A DNA stretch of 64,000 bases from Gemmatimonadales bacterium (GTDB lineage: Bacteria; Gemmatimonadota; Gemmatimonadetes; Gemmatimonadales; GWC2-71-9). The notes under the pieces were generated by a model. That model searched no databases. It saw nothing but the letters and a program-made list of their open reading frames with translations, and was not told the DNA's origin. This document shows positions 9,124 through 18,497 of the stretch, piece after piece. The position numbers and the translations under genes are program-made. The stretch spans positions 96,235 through 160,234 of the forward strand of contig JAWKQM010000002.1 in the NCBI GenBank assembly GCA_041390145.1, given 5' to 3'. Each line of letters opens with the position of its first letter. Position 1 is the first letter of the stretch.

Positions 9124-9498
9124 ATGAACCCCCCGTCGCCCACCACGGAACTCCTCGTGGCGCTCGCCGAGCCGACCCGGCTCAGGATACTCAACTGCCT
9201 CGCGGCAGCCCCGCTCTTCGTGTCCGACCTGCAGACTATCCTGGCGGTGCCCCAGCCGACCGTGTCGCGGCACCTGAAGGTGCTGAAGGAAGCCAACCTG
9301 GTCCGCGATACGCCGATTGCGCAGTTCGTCCTGTACCGCCTCCGACGGGAGACTGGCGTCCGGGGCCGGCTGCTGACGGCTACGCTCGAGGCGCTCGGCC
9401 AGGAGGAGCAGATGCGGACCGAACGGCACCAGGCCTCCGATCGAAGCCGTGCCAACCCCCGTGTCCGGCTCGCCACGCCGGTGGAGTCCTCGTCATGA
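9124..9498 (+). CDS. ArsR/SmtB-family transcriptional regulator (no canonical metal-binding CxC)
   Basis: LAEPTRLRILNCL...VSDLQTILAVPQPTVSRHLKVLKEANLV is the ArsR winged-helix signature. The usual ELCVCDL position reads PLFVSDL. Its stop overlaps the phoB start (ATGA). Confidence 0.85.
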   Translation: MNPPSPTTELLVALAEPTRLRILNCLAAAPLFVSDLQTILAVPQPTVSRHLKVLKEANLVRDTPIAQFVLYRLRRETGVRGRLLTATLEALGQEEQMRTERHQASDRSRANPRVRLATPVESSS

Positions 9499-10202
9499 CA
9501 CATCGCATTCTCGTGGTCGATGACGAGCCGGACATCACGGCCCTGGTCGCGTACCACCTGGCGAAGGCGGGGTACCGGGTGTCGACCGCCGCCCGCGGGC
9601 CGGACGCGCTCAAGGCCGCCGCCGAAGAGCGCCCGGACGTCGTCATTCTCGACCTCATGCTGCCGGGAATGTCAGGGTATGACGTGCTGGCGGAGCTCCG
9701 CGCCCGCCCGGAGACCCGCGATATCGGCGTGATCCTGCTGACGGCGCGCAAGCAGGAGGCGGACCGGATCCGCGGGCTCACGCTCGGGGCAGACGATTAC
9801 CTCACGAAGCCCTTCTCCCCGGCCGAGCTGACCCTGCGGGTCGGCGCGGTCCTTCGCCGCCTCGCCGCGCCGTCCGTGGCGCAGGGCGACACCCTCACGG
9901 CCGGCGACATCGTCATCGACCGATCGGCGCTGCGGGCCACCCTCGGTGGCGAGGAACTGGACCTGACCGCCACGGAGTACAAGCTGCTGCTGACGCTGGT
10001 GGAGCGCCGGGGCCGGGTACAGACGCGACCCCACCTGCTCGAGACGGTCTGGGAGGCGCAGCCCGACATCCAGACGCGGACCGTCGACATGCACATCCAG
10101 CGGCTGCGCACAAAACTGGGGGATGCCGGCCGGCTCATCGAGACCGTTCGAGGCTTCGGCTATCGGTTCCGGGCAACCGACCGCAGTGGGCGGAAGTCGT
10201 GA
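9495..10202 (+). CDS. phoB: OmpR/PhoB-family response regulator
   Basis: The receiver is ILVVDDEPDI...VVILDLMLPGMSG...LLTARK...YLTKPF. The winged-helix output is LTATEYKLLLTL...VDMHIQRLRTKL...VRGFGYRF. The real start is ATG 9495 inside a longer spurious track ORF. The gene lies next to phoR and the pst genes. Confidence 0.85.
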   Translation: MTHRILVVDDEPDITALVAYHLAKAGYRVSTAARGPDALKAAAEERPDVVILDLMLPGMSGYDVLAELRARPETRDIGVILLTARKQEADRIRGLTLGADDYLTKPFSPAELTLRVGAVLRRLAAPSVAQGDTLTAGDIVIDRSALRATLGGEELDLTATEYKLLLTLVERRGRVQTRPHLLETVWEAQPDIQTRTVDMHIQRLRTKLGDAGRLIETVRGFGYRFRATDRSGRKS

Positions 10203-11941
10203 CCTTTACCGGGAGAGTCGTCGCGGGCACCCTGCTGGTCCTGGTGGTAAGCGTCGTCGTCCTGCTCTGGACCGCCGACTTCGCCCTGCGCCGGGACCTC
10301 GAGGGCGAAGTGGCCACAAACCTCCAGCGGGAGGCGCTGATCGTCCGGGAGGGGCTGCCCGTCGGGGCGGCCGAGGCGCAGGCCTGGATCTACAGGGTCG
10401 GGCGGGAGACCGGTTACCGCATCACGCTCATTGCGCCCGATGGTCGGGTTACCGGCGAAAGCGACTACGCCACCCTTCCCCTCCCCGCGATCGAGAACCA
10501 CGGCCACCGCCCCGAGGTGGTCGCCGCGCTTGCCGATTCACTTGGGGTCAGCAAGCGGAAGAGCGCAACCGTCGGGCGAGAGCTGATATATGTCGCGGTG
10601 CCCGGAGGCCCCGGGGTCGTCCGGGTGGCGGCCGATCTCGACCACGTGGACGGCATCGTGCATCGGGCACAGCTGGCCGTGGCCCTCGCCGCGCTGGTTG
10701 CGCTCCTGATCGGGACGCTCGTGGCGTGGATCACCGCCGGGTCTGTCACTCGGCCGCTCACCGCCATCACGGAAGCGGCGCGCACCATCGCGGCCGGGCA
10801 GGCTCCGCGCTTCCCTCACTCCGGGATCCGGGACATCGACACGCTCGTCCAGGCGCTCCGGCAGATGCACCACGATCTGGCGGACCGGTTCGAGAACCTG
10901 CGCCACGAGCAGGCGGAGTCGGCGGCAATCGTGACAGCCATGGTGGAGGGTGTCGTGGCCGCCGATGCCCGGGGGCAGATCGTCACGGCCAACCCCGCCG
11001 CGCGCGAGCTGCTGGGATACGGCCCGAAGACCGCGCTCCCGGACATCCAGCAGCTGTTCCGCGGGCGCTCGGCACGGGAGATCGTGCGACGTGTCAGCGA
11101 GGGGACCTCGGTCGAAGGTGAGGAAGTCGGGATCGACGGGCGCAAGATCGTGATCAGCGCGCGGCCGCTCCCCACAGGCGGCGCCATTCTCGTGCTCCAT
11201 GATCAGACCGAAATCAGGCGGCTGGAAGCGGTTCGCCGGGACTTCGTCGCGAATGTCTCCCATGAACTGAAGACCCCGCTGACCAGCATCTCCGGCTATG
11301 CCGAGACACTGCTGGCGGAGCGGCCCGATGCGCAGACGGAACGCCAGTTCCTCGAAACGATTTTGGCCAACGCCCACCGGATGCAGCGCCTGGTCGACGA
11401 CCTGCTCGACCTGGCGCGGATCGAATCGGGGCGCTGGCAGCCTGACCTCGCCGCGATCGATCTTGCCGACGTCGCCGCCGAGGTGGTCTCAGACTTTGCG
11501 GCGCGGGGTGACGACCTGGGTGTCACAATCCTGACCGACATCGCTCCAGGCGCTGGCACGCTGCTGGCCGACCCGGAAGGGGTGCGGCTCGTGCTTCGCA
11601 ACCTGATCGACAACGCGCTCCGTTACACGCCCGCCGGAGGTCAGATCACCCTCCGGAGCCGGGTCGAGGAAGATGGGATCTTGCTGCAGGTCGAGGACAC
11701 CGGCAGCGGCATCCCGCGGGAGCACCTCTCCCGGGTCTTCGAACGGTTCTATCGGGTTGACCCGTCCCGTTCCCGGGCCGAAGGCGGTACCGGGCTTGGG
11801 CTTGCGATCGTCCGACACACGGTCGAGGCCCACGGCGGCCGCGTGGGGATCGAAAGCGAACTGGGATCGGGGACACGGGTGGCTGCCTGGTTTCCAGGGG
11901 GCCTAACCGAGGGCAGAAGCGGGGCCGTTACAAAGCCGTGA
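10199..11941 (+). CDS. phoR: Sensor histidine kinase, PhoR-like
   Basis: N-terminal TM helix, a sensor domain, a second TM/HAMP segment, a PAS-like region, the H-box SHELKTPLTSISGYAETL and a HATPase region (DTGSGIP...GGTGLGLAIV). The GTG start overlaps the phoB stop. Confidence 0.85.
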   Translation: MTFTGRVVAGTLLVLVVSVVVLLWTADFALRRDLEGEVATNLQREALIVREGLPVGAAEAQAWIYRVGRETGYRITLIAPDGRVTGESDYATLPLPAIENHGHRPEVVAALADSLGVSKRKSATVGRELIYVAVPGGPGVVRVAADLDHVDGIVHRAQLAVALAALVALLIGTLVAWITAGSVTRPLTAITEAARTIAAGQAPRFPHSGIRDIDTLVQALRQMHHDLADRFENLRHEQAESAAIVTAMVEGVVAADARGQIVTANPAARELLGYGPKTALPDIQQLFRGRSAREIVRRVSEGTSVEGEEVGIDGRKIVISARPLPTGGAILVLHDQTEIRRLEAVRRDFVANVSHELKTPLTSISGYAETLLAERPDAQTERQFLETILANAHRMQRLVDDLLDLARIESGRWQPDLAAIDLADVAAEVVSDFAARGDDLGVTILTDIAPGAGTLLADPEGVRLVLRNLIDNALRYTPAGGQITLRSRVEEDGILLQVEDTGSGIPREHLSRVFERFYRVDPSRSRAEGGTGLGLAIVRHTVEAHGGRVGIESELGSGTRVAAWFPGGLTEGRSGAVTKP

Positions 11942-11965
11942 CCCGACGCACGCACGGGCGTGACG
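11927..11965. promoter_or_regulatory. Pho-box-like direct repeats with 11-bp phasing upstream of the porin-pstS unit
   Basis: GTTACA at 11927, GTGACC at 11938 and GTGACG at 11960. The offsets are 11 and 33 bp, and the 11949 unit is degenerate. The motif CCGTTACA(A/C)AGCCGTGACC recurs at 14328-14346. The site overlaps the phoR stop codon. Confidence 0.5.
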
Positions 11966-12083
11966 CGCCGTTGCGTTCGTTACGCCGCGATGTCCAGCCC
12001 CCCCCGGGCATCGCACGGGCGGGCACTGCGCTCCCCGTCGACAACCCATGGGAGCCGATGCGGCCCCGCACGAAAGGGTGTAC

Positions 12084-13190
12084 ATGCGTTCCTCGATGTG
12101 TCGTTCGGCCGTGAGCCTCGCCCTGCTGGCCCTGATGACCGCCGGTGTGGCCTCGGCGCAGACCAGCTACCCGAATGTGAAGATGGTCGGCCGCCTGCAG
12201 GTCGAGTACTATGACTTCAACAACGGCGACAACGCGATCTACGCCGCCATCCCGACCCGGGCCGCCGAGAGCAACTTTCTCATCAGGCGCGCTCGCATCA
12301 CGGCCAAGGGCAACCTCAGCCAGAACATTTCGTTCGTCATCCAGCCGAGCTACACGACGGGCCAGTCCGGCCTGATCCTGAAGGACGCCTACCTCGATGT
12401 GGCGTTCACCAAGCCGGAGGCCAAGAGCGCCGTCGTGCTTCGCGCCGGCCAGTTCAAGCGGTTCTTCGGCCGGTACGAGCTCACCTCGTCGAACAACCTC
12501 CCTTCCATCGAACGTGGCGCCTACCGCGGGCTGGTCCCGGTCTCCTCGAACGACCTCGCCATCGGGAACGGCTTCGCCGCGCACGACCTCGGCGCCGGCC
12601 TGATGTACACCGGGCTGGACAAGAAGCTGGCCATCATGGCCAGCGTCATGAATGGCGCGCTTTCTCCGAACAACCTGGACATCAACAACTCCAAGTCGTA
12701 CTACGCCCGCGCCACCTACGCCGTCACCCCGAAGTTGTCGATCGGCGGCTCCTTCGCCAGCCACGACTTCATCCAGACGGTGGACACCTTCCCGACCGAC
12801 AGCTCCGCCATGAACACCGGCTGGGGCGTCGACGCGCAGTGGGGCGCGCCCGGCGAGGAAGGGCTGTACGTGATGGGTGACTACATGACCGGCCAGAGCA
12901 TCCTCAACAGCGACAACGGCATCTCCGGCTTCCAGGCGGTCGCGGCATACAACATCCGCATGAAGTCGGCCGACAGCTTCCTCTATGCCATCGAGCCGGC
13001 GTTCCGGTACGACCAGGCGGAGCCGAACAACAAGGTTGTCGACGACCAGAGCACGCTCATCACGGCGGGCGTCAACCTCTACCTGACCAGCAAGGCGCAG
13101 TTCCGCCTGATGTACGAATCCCAGAGCTTCCAGGACTCCACGCTCAAGACGATCAGCGGCATTCGTACCGCGCTGACCATGAATTTCTAA
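12084..13190 (+). CDS. Outer-membrane porin, probably phosphate-selective (OprO/P-like) by context
   Basis: Signal peptide MRSSMCRSAVSLALLALMTAGVASAQ, alternating beta-strand character and a terminal ...RTALTMNF. It lies 12 nt upstream of pstS and downstream of Pho-box-like repeats. I prefer ATG 12084 over the track start at 12048. Confidence 0.65.
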   Translation: MRSSMCRSAVSLALLALMTAGVASAQTSYPNVKMVGRLQVEYYDFNNGDNAIYAAIPTRAAESNFLIRRARITAKGNLSQNISFVIQPSYTTGQSGLILKDAYLDVAFTKPEAKSAVVLRAGQFKRFFGRYELTSSNNLPSIERGAYRGLVPVSSNDLAIGNGFAAHDLGAGLMYTGLDKKLAIMASVMNGALSPNNLDINNSKSYYARATYAVTPKLSIGGSFASHDFIQTVDTFPTDSSAMNTGWGVDAQWGAPGEEGLYVMGDYMTGQSILNSDNGISGFQAVAAYNIRMKSADSFLYAIEPAFRYDQAEPNNKVVDDQSTLITAGVNLYLTSKAQFRLMYESQSFQDSTLKTISGIRTALTMNF

Positions 13191-13202
13191 GGGAGTGACA
13201 GC

Positions 13203-14246
13203 ATGACTTTTCGATCCTTCGCCCTCGCGCTCGGCGCGGCCGCCCTCGTGGCGGCCCCCGCCGGCGCGCAGAGCCTGACCGGAGCGGGCGCCACCTTCCC
13301 GAATCCGATCTACACGAAGTGGTTCGACGCCTACAACAAGGCGACTGGCGTCCAGATCAACTACCAGTCGATCGGGTCCGGCGGCGGCATTCGCCAGTTC
13401 ACCCAGGGAACCGTGGACTTCGGCGCCACCGACGGCCCGATGAGCCCCGCCCAGATGGAAGCCGTCCAGAACAACGTGCTGCACATCCCGACGGTCATCG
13501 GCGCGGTCGTCCTGACCTACAACCTCCCGTCGCTGGGCACCGCGCAGATTCAGCTCGACGGGGCCACCATCGCCGACATCTACCTCGGGCGCATCACCAA
13601 GTGGAACGACAAGCGCATTGCCAGCATGAACGCCGGCGTGGCGCTGCCCAACACCGACATCATCGTCGTCCACCGCTCCGACGGGTCGGGGACCAGCTAC
13701 ATCTTCACCGACTTCCTGACCAAGGTGTCCCGGGAGTGGAAGGACAAGGTCAACTACGCGACCTCCGTCAAGTGGCCGGTCGGTCTCGGCGGCAAGGGCA
13801 ACGAAGGGGTGACCCAGCAGGTCAAGCAGATCGAAGGGACCATCGGCTACGTTGAGCTGATCTATGCCCTGTCGAACAACCTGCCCTACGCGAAGGTCAA
13901 GAACAGCGCCGGCAACTTCGTGGTGCCGAGTCTCGCCTCCGCCACCGCCGCCGCCGCCAGCGCCAAGTTCGCCAAGGACACCGATTTCCGGGTGTCGATC
14001 ACCAACGCGCCCGGCGCCCAGACCTACCCGATCTCCTCGTTCACCTGGCTGCTCGTCCGGCCGGACTCGAAGGATGCGGGCAAGGCGAAGCTCCTCCGTG
14101 ACTTCCTCAACTGGATGATCACGCCCGACGCGCAGGCGATGGCTGGTGAGCTCAAGTATGCGCCGCTCCCCGCCGAGGTGGTCGCATTGATCAAGCCCCG
14201 GATTGCCGGGCTGAAGGCAAACGGCAAGCCAATTCCTGCCAACTAG
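13203..14246 (+). CDS. pstS: Phosphate ABC transporter substrate-binding protein
   Basis: Signal peptide followed by GAGATFPNPIYTKWF...YQSIGSGGG...DFGATD...RSDGSGT, the PstS signature. Confidence 0.92.
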   Translation: MTFRSFALALGAAALVAAPAGAQSLTGAGATFPNPIYTKWFDAYNKATGVQINYQSIGSGGGIRQFTQGTVDFGATDGPMSPAQMEAVQNNVLHIPTVIGAVVLTYNLPSLGTAQIQLDGATIADIYLGRITKWNDKRIASMNAGVALPNTDIIVVHRSDGSGTSYIFTDFLTKVSREWKDKVNYATSVKWPVGLGGKGNEGVTQQVKQIEGTIGYVELIYALSNNLPYAKVKNSAGNFVVPSLASATAAAASAKFAKDTDFRVSITNAPGAQTYPISSFTWLLVRPDSKDAGKAKLLRDFLNWMITPDAQAMAGELKYAPLPAEVVALIKPRIAGLKANGKPIPAN

Positions 14247-14267
14247 TTAGACGCGGAGTTGGGGTGC

Positions 14268-14297
14268 AACGGCCGGTCCCTGACGGGGCCGGCCGTT
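14268..14297 (+). terminator. Strong stem-loop (13-bp stem, TGAC loop) after pstS; probable intrinsic terminator or attenuator
   Basis: AACGGCCGGTCCC-TGAC-GGGGCCGGCCGTT, with one G-U pair, followed by CTCATTTCGG. It starts 22 nt after the pstS stop. Confidence 0.6.
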
Positions 14298-14318
14298 CTC
14301 ATTTCGGCAGTTCCTGTC

Positions 14319-14346
14319 GTGACATTTCCGTTACACAGCCGTGACC
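14319..14346. promoter_or_regulatory. Pho-box-like direct repeats (three units, exact 11-bp spacing) upstream of pstC
   Basis: GTGACA at 14319, GTTACA at 14330 and GTGACC at 14341. A weaker CCTACC unit follows at 14352. The units are the reverse complement of the E. coli TGTCA core. Confidence 0.5.
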
Positions 14347-14380
14347 GTCCGCCTACCGTCCCCCGGTAGGTTCCCGCGCT

Positions 14381-15340
14381 ATGGAAGTTTCGAATCCAGC
14401 CCCGGACCAGGCCCTCGGCGGCGCCCGCTTCGGCGACCGCTTCTTCAAGGCGCTGCTGACGGTGGCCGCCCTCGCAGTCCCCGTGCTCCTTGGGTTCCTG
14501 GTCTGGGAGCTCTGGGTCGGATCACGCGAAGCCATCCATGAGTTCGGCCTCGGATTCCTGACTTCCAGTGATTGGGATCCCGTCGAAGGCCGGTTTGGCG
14601 CCCTCCCCCTGATCTTCGGCACCGTCGTCAGCTCCGCGCTCGCCCTGCTGATCGCCGTCCCACTCTCGCTGGGCGTGGCGATCTTCCTGACCGAGTTTGC
14701 GCCGATGAAGATCCGTGGTCCTGTGGCCTTCCTCATTGAACTCCTGGCCGCCATCCCGAGCGTGGTCTATGGACTCTGGGGCATCTTCGTGATGATCCCC
14801 TTCCTGCGGACCACCATCTACCCATTCCTCAAGGACACCCTCGGCTTCCTCCCCTTCTTCCAGGGACCGATCTACGGACCCGGGATGCTCTCCGCCGCCA
14901 TCATCCTGGCCATCATGGTCATGCCGTACATCATGTCGGTGTCGCGGGAAGTCCTCCTCGCTGTCCCGAATACCCAGCGCGAAGCCGCCATGGCCCTTGG
15001 CGCCACCCGGTGGGAGGCGCTGACAGGCGCTGTGCTCCCCTACGCCCGGTCGGGCATCATCGGCGCCGTCATCCTCGGGCTTGGTCGTGCGCTCGGCGAG
15101 ACCATGGCGGTCACGATGGTCATCGGCAATCGCCACGAGATCGCCGCGTCGCTCTTTGCCCCCGGGTACACGATGGCTGCGGCCATCGCCAATGAGTTCG
15201 CCGAGGCGGTGGAGAACATCCACCTCTCGGCGCTGTCGTACGTGGCCCTGACGCTCTTCGTGGTGACGGTACTGATCAACGCGGCCGCCCGGCTGCTCAT
15301 CTGGCGCGTCGCCCAGGGCGGCGGAGGGAAGTCGGCATGA
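14381..15340 (+). CDS. pstC: Phosphate ABC transporter permease PstC
   Basis: 319-aa polytopic permease with an EAA-like loop (REAAMALGATRWE). It sits between pstS and pstA. Confidence 0.9.
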   Translation: MEVSNPAPDQALGGARFGDRFFKALLTVAALAVPVLLGFLVWELWVGSREAIHEFGLGFLTSSDWDPVEGRFGALPLIFGTVVSSALALLIAVPLSLGVAIFLTEFAPMKIRGPVAFLIELLAAIPSVVYGLWGIFVMIPFLRTTIYPFLKDTLGFLPFFQGPIYGPGMLSAAIILAIMVMPYIMSVSREVLLAVPNTQREAAMALGATRWEALTGAVLPYARSGIIGAVILGLGRALGETMAVTMVIGNRHEIAASLFAPGYTMAAAIANEFAEAVENIHLSALSYVALTLFVVTVLINAAARLLIWRVAQGGGGKSA

Positions 15341-16182
15341 ACCGCGCCGCCGCCCGCCGCCGTCGCAGCCATTTCATGGTTGGTCTCATGGGACTGGCCG
15401 TCGTGATTGCCGTGTTGCCGCTGCTGCTGATTCTCGGCACGCTCGCCGTCAAGGGAGCCAGCAGCCTGAACCTCGCCTTCTTCACCAAGCTGCCCGTGCC
15501 GGCCGGCGAGACCGGTGGCGGCGTGATGCACGCCATCGTCGGGACGCTGATGATCGTGGGGACCGCCTGCCTCATCGGGCTGCCGCTCGGCATCGGCGGG
15601 GGGATCTACTGCGCGGAGTACCCCGGTTCGAAGCTCGCCACGCTCACCCGGTTCGTATCGGACGTGCTGAACGGCACGCCGTCGATCGTGGTCGGTGTCT
15701 TCGCCTGGACCTGGATCGTGGCCTCGCAAAAGCACTTCTCCGCGCTGGCGGGCAGCGTGGCGCTCGCGATTCTCATGATCCCGATGGTCACCCGCACCAC
15801 GGAAGAGATGATCAAGCTGGTGCCGCACTCCCTCCGGGAGGCGGCGCTCGCGCTGGGCTACTCGCGCTGGCGGACGAGCCTGACCGTGGTGGTGCGCACC
15901 ACCCTCCCCGGCATCGTGACGGGGAGCCTGCTGGCCGTGGCGCGAGTGGCGGGGGAGACCGCCCCGCTGCTCTTCACGGCGCTGGGCAGCCAGTACCTGT
16001 CGTTCAATCTCAACCAGCCGATGGCGGCCCTGCCGCTGGTGGTGTTCACCTACGCCACCGGCCCCTACGAAGAGTGGCACCAGCTGGCGTGGGCCACGGC
16101 GCTGGTCCTCATCCTGGTGGTGCTGGTGCTCAGCATCGCCGCACGGTTGGCGACGCGGCGAAAGTTCACCCAGCATGGCTGA
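15337..16182 (+). CDS. pstA: Phosphate ABC transporter permease PstA
   Basis: 281-aa permease with the loop [19 protein letters not shown] overlap with pstC. Confidence 0.9.
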   Translation: MNRAAARRRRSHFMVGLMGLAVVIAVLPLLLILGTLAVKGASSLNLAFFTKLPVPAGETGGGVMHAIVGTLMIVGTACLIGLPLGIGGGIYCAEYPGSKLATLTRFVSDVLNGTPSIVVGVFAWTWIVASQKHFSALAGSVALAILMIPMVTRTTEEMIKLVPHSLREAALALGYSRWRTSLTVVVRTTLPGIVTGSLLAVARVAGETAPLLFTALGSQYLSFNLNQPMAALPLVVFTYATGPYEEWHQLAWATALVLILVVLVLSIAARLATRRKFTQHG

Positions 16183-16942
16183 CCATCCGGCCCGTATCGC
16201 CACCGAGCGCCTGAGCGCCATGTACGGGAAGATCACGGCCGTCAAGGACGTCACCCTCGGCTTTGCTCCCAACCGGGTCCACGCCCTGATCGGCCCCAGC
16301 GGTTGCGGGAAGTCCACCTTCCTCCGCTCGTTGAACCGGATGCACGAGCTGACGCCCGGAGGCTGGATCACCGGACGCGTCCTGCTCGACGGCAAGGACG
16401 TCTACTCGGCCAAGGTCAACCCGATGCAGCTGCGGCGCCGGGTCGGGATGGTCTTCCAGAAACCGACTCCCTTCCCGACGATGTCCATCTTCGATAACGT
16501 GGCGGCTGGGCTGCGCGTGGGGGAGCGGCGCTCGCGGACGGAAGTGGCGGCCACGGTTGAACAGGCGCTGCGCGGCGCCGCGCTCTGGGACGAGGTCAAG
16601 GACCGGCTCAAGGCCAGCGCGCTCGCCCTGTCCGGCGGCCAGCAGCAGCGGCTCTGCGTGGCGCGCACCATTGCCCCGAAGCCGGAAGTGGTGCTCCTCG
16701 ACGAGCCGACGGCCTCGCTCGACCCGCAGGGCACCCAGCGCATTGAGGAGTTGCTCTTCACGCTGAAGAAGGAGTTCACGATCGTCATCGTGACCCACAA
16801 CATGCAGCAAGCCGCCCGGGTCTCGGACACGACCACCTTCTTCTACATGGGCGGCATGGTCGAGACCGGCGCGACGCGGCAGCTCTTCACCTCGCCCGCG
16901 CGCGAAGAAACGGAAGCCTACATCACCGGACGGTTCGGATGA
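16175..16942 (+). CDS. pstB: Phosphate ABC transporter ATP-binding protein, copy 1
   Basis: Walker [13 protein letters not shown], PstB-typical [14 protein letters not shown], signature [10 protein letters not shown], Walker [11 protein letters not shown] and C-terminal EAYITGRFG. Confidence 0.92.
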   Translation: MADHPARIATERLSAMYGKITAVKDVTLGFAPNRVHALIGPSGCGKSTFLRSLNRMHELTPGGWITGRVLLDGKDVYSAKVNPMQLRRRVGMVFQKPTPFPTMSIFDNVAAGLRVGERRSRTEVAATVEQALRGAALWDEVKDRLKASALALSGGQQQRLCVARTIAPKPEVVLLDEPTASLDPQGTQRIEELLFTLKKEFTIVIVTHNMQQAARVSDTTTFFYMGGMVETGATRQLFTSPAREETEAYITGRFG

Positions 16943-17793
16943 CCTCCACCCTCGTCGAACGGAAGGCCATGCCGCACGCATCCAGCCTCAGGCCGACGCT
17001 CGCCCCGCGGCGGGACGCGGCACGAACTCACGCGACCGGCGAGCCGGTCGTGGAAGCGCGGGACTTCCGCTTTTCCTACGGCGCCACAGAGGTGCTCAAG
17101 GGGATCTCGCTCAAGGTGCAGCGCCACGCGGTCACCGCCATCATCGGGCCCTCGGGCTGTGGCAAGTCCACGTTCCTCCGCGCCATCAACCGGATGCACG
17201 AACTGCTCCCCGACGTCTCCCACGCCGGTGAGCTGCTGCTCGACGGCCAGTCGATCTACGGGCCCGGGCGGGATCTCGTGGACCTTCGGCGACGGATCGG
17301 GATGGTGTTCCAGCGCCCCAACCCCTTCCCGAAGTCTATCTTCGACAACGTCGCCTACGGCCCGGTGGTGAACCGGCTGACCCTGAAGCGGGACCTCCCC
17401 GAGCTGGTGGAGCGCTGCCTCCGGCAGGCCGCCCTCTGGGACGAGGTGAAGGATCGCCTGCACGAACCCGGCACCGGGCTCTCGGGCGGCCAGCAGCAGC
17501 GCCTCTGCATCGCCCGCGCGCTGGCCAATGCCCCTGACGTCCTGTTGATGGACGAGCCCTGCTCGGCGCTGGACCCGATCGCGACCCAGAAGGTGGAGGA
17601 ACTCATCTTCGAGTTGAAGCAGCACTACACGATTGCGATCGTGACGCACAACATGCAGCAGGCCGCCCGCGTGTCCGACTTCACCGGCTTCTTCGACCGC
17701 GGTGAGTTGATCGAGTTCGGTGACACGGAGCAGCTGTTCACCGCCCCGGCGCACGACCGCACCGAGGCGTACATCACGGGGAGATTCGGATGA
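16939..17793 (+). CDS. pstB: Phosphate ABC transporter ATP-binding protein, copy 2
   Basis: Same motif set as copy 1 ([56 protein letters not shown]), but clearly diverged from it and with a longer N-terminus. ATGA overlap on both sides. Confidence 0.9.
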   Translation: MTSTLVERKAMPHASSLRPTLAPRRDAARTHATGEPVVEARDFRFSYGATEVLKGISLKVQRHAVTAIIGPSGCGKSTFLRAINRMHELLPDVSHAGELLLDGQSIYGPGRDLVDLRRRIGMVFQRPNPFPKSIFDNVAYGPVVNRLTLKRDLPELVERCLRQAALWDEVKDRLHEPGTGLSGGQQQRLCIARALANAPDVLLMDEPCSALDPIATQKVEELIFELKQHYTIAIVTHNMQQAARVSDFTGFFDRGELIEFGDTEQLFTAPAHDRTEAYITGRFG

Positions 17794-18497
17794 CCGAGGC
17801 CCATCGGCATTTTCACGACGACCTGAGCCAGGTCAAGATTCGCCTGCTGACCATGTCCGGGGAGGCTGAAGCCGCGCTCGGGCTGGCCGTGGACGCGCTG
17901 CTCGAGCGCGACACCGCCAAGGCGGAGGCCGTGGTGGCCAGCGACCGGGTTATCGACCAGATGGAGGTCGAGCTCGAGGAGATGTGCATCAACCTGCTGG
18001 CCCTGCAGCAGCCGATGGCGCGCGACCTCCGCATGCTGACCTCCGCGCTGAAGATCGCGAACGACCTCGAACGGGTCGGTGACCACGCGGTGAACATCGC
18101 GCAATCGGCGCTGCGCCTCGCGGACCAGCGGGCCATCGCGCCGGAACCGGAAATCGTCGAAATGGCCCGGCTCGCACGCGACATGCTCTCCGACGCGCTC
18201 GAGGCCTTCATCCGGGGCGACTCGCAAGCCGGGCGCGAGGTATGCCGCCGTGACGACAAGGTGGACGTGCTCCACCGGTCGGTGTTCCGGATCCTCCTCA
18301 CCCACATGATGGAGGACCCGCACACGATCGGCGCGGGAATGGAACTCTTCCTCGTCAGCCGCAACCTCGAGCGGGTGGCCGACCTCGCCACCAACATCGG
18401 CGAGGACGTGGTATTCCTGGTGGAGGGGAAGTCGATCAAGCATCACGCCGAAGACGTGGGTGACGCGGCCTGGCCCGCGGGGGCCCCGAAACGGTGA
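17790..18497 (+). CDS. phoU: Phosphate signalling complex protein PhoU
   Basis: Two PhoU repeats, each containing a [10 protein letters not shown] / [10 protein letters not shown]-type motif. 235 aa. It follows pstB. Confidence 0.9.
   Translation: MTEAHRHFHDDLSQVKIRLLTMSGEAEAALGLAVDALLERDTAKAEAVVASDRVIDQMEVELEEMCINLLALQQPMARDLRMLTSALKIANDLERVGDHAVNIAQSALRLADQRAIAPEPEIVEMARLARDMLSDALEAFIRGDSQAGREVCRRDDKVDVLHRSVFRILLTHMMEDPHTIGAGMELFLVSRNLERVADLATNIGEDVVFLVEGKSIKHHAEDVGDAAWPAGAPKR

Noticed and set aside
8694-9494. Upstream extension of the phoB ORF (502-aa track ORF).
   Set aside because: It is antisense to the 5'-nucleotidase and runs across the arsR-like gene in another frame. The receiver domain starts at ATG 9495.
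15040-16395. A 451-aa minus-strand ORF. Many similar long antisense ORFs exist (for example 29016-31544, 49293-51335, 55725-57785, 23642-25417, 33955-35610, 35943-37676, 41276-42844 and 11928-13673).
   Set aside because: Each lies opposite a gene with unambiguous homology (pstA/pstB, Omp85, TonB receptor, PilB, DPP-IV, dnaK, htrA, clpX, porin). Their translations are Arg/Gly/Pro/His-rich with no motifs. This is typical shadow-ORF behaviour in high-GC genomes.
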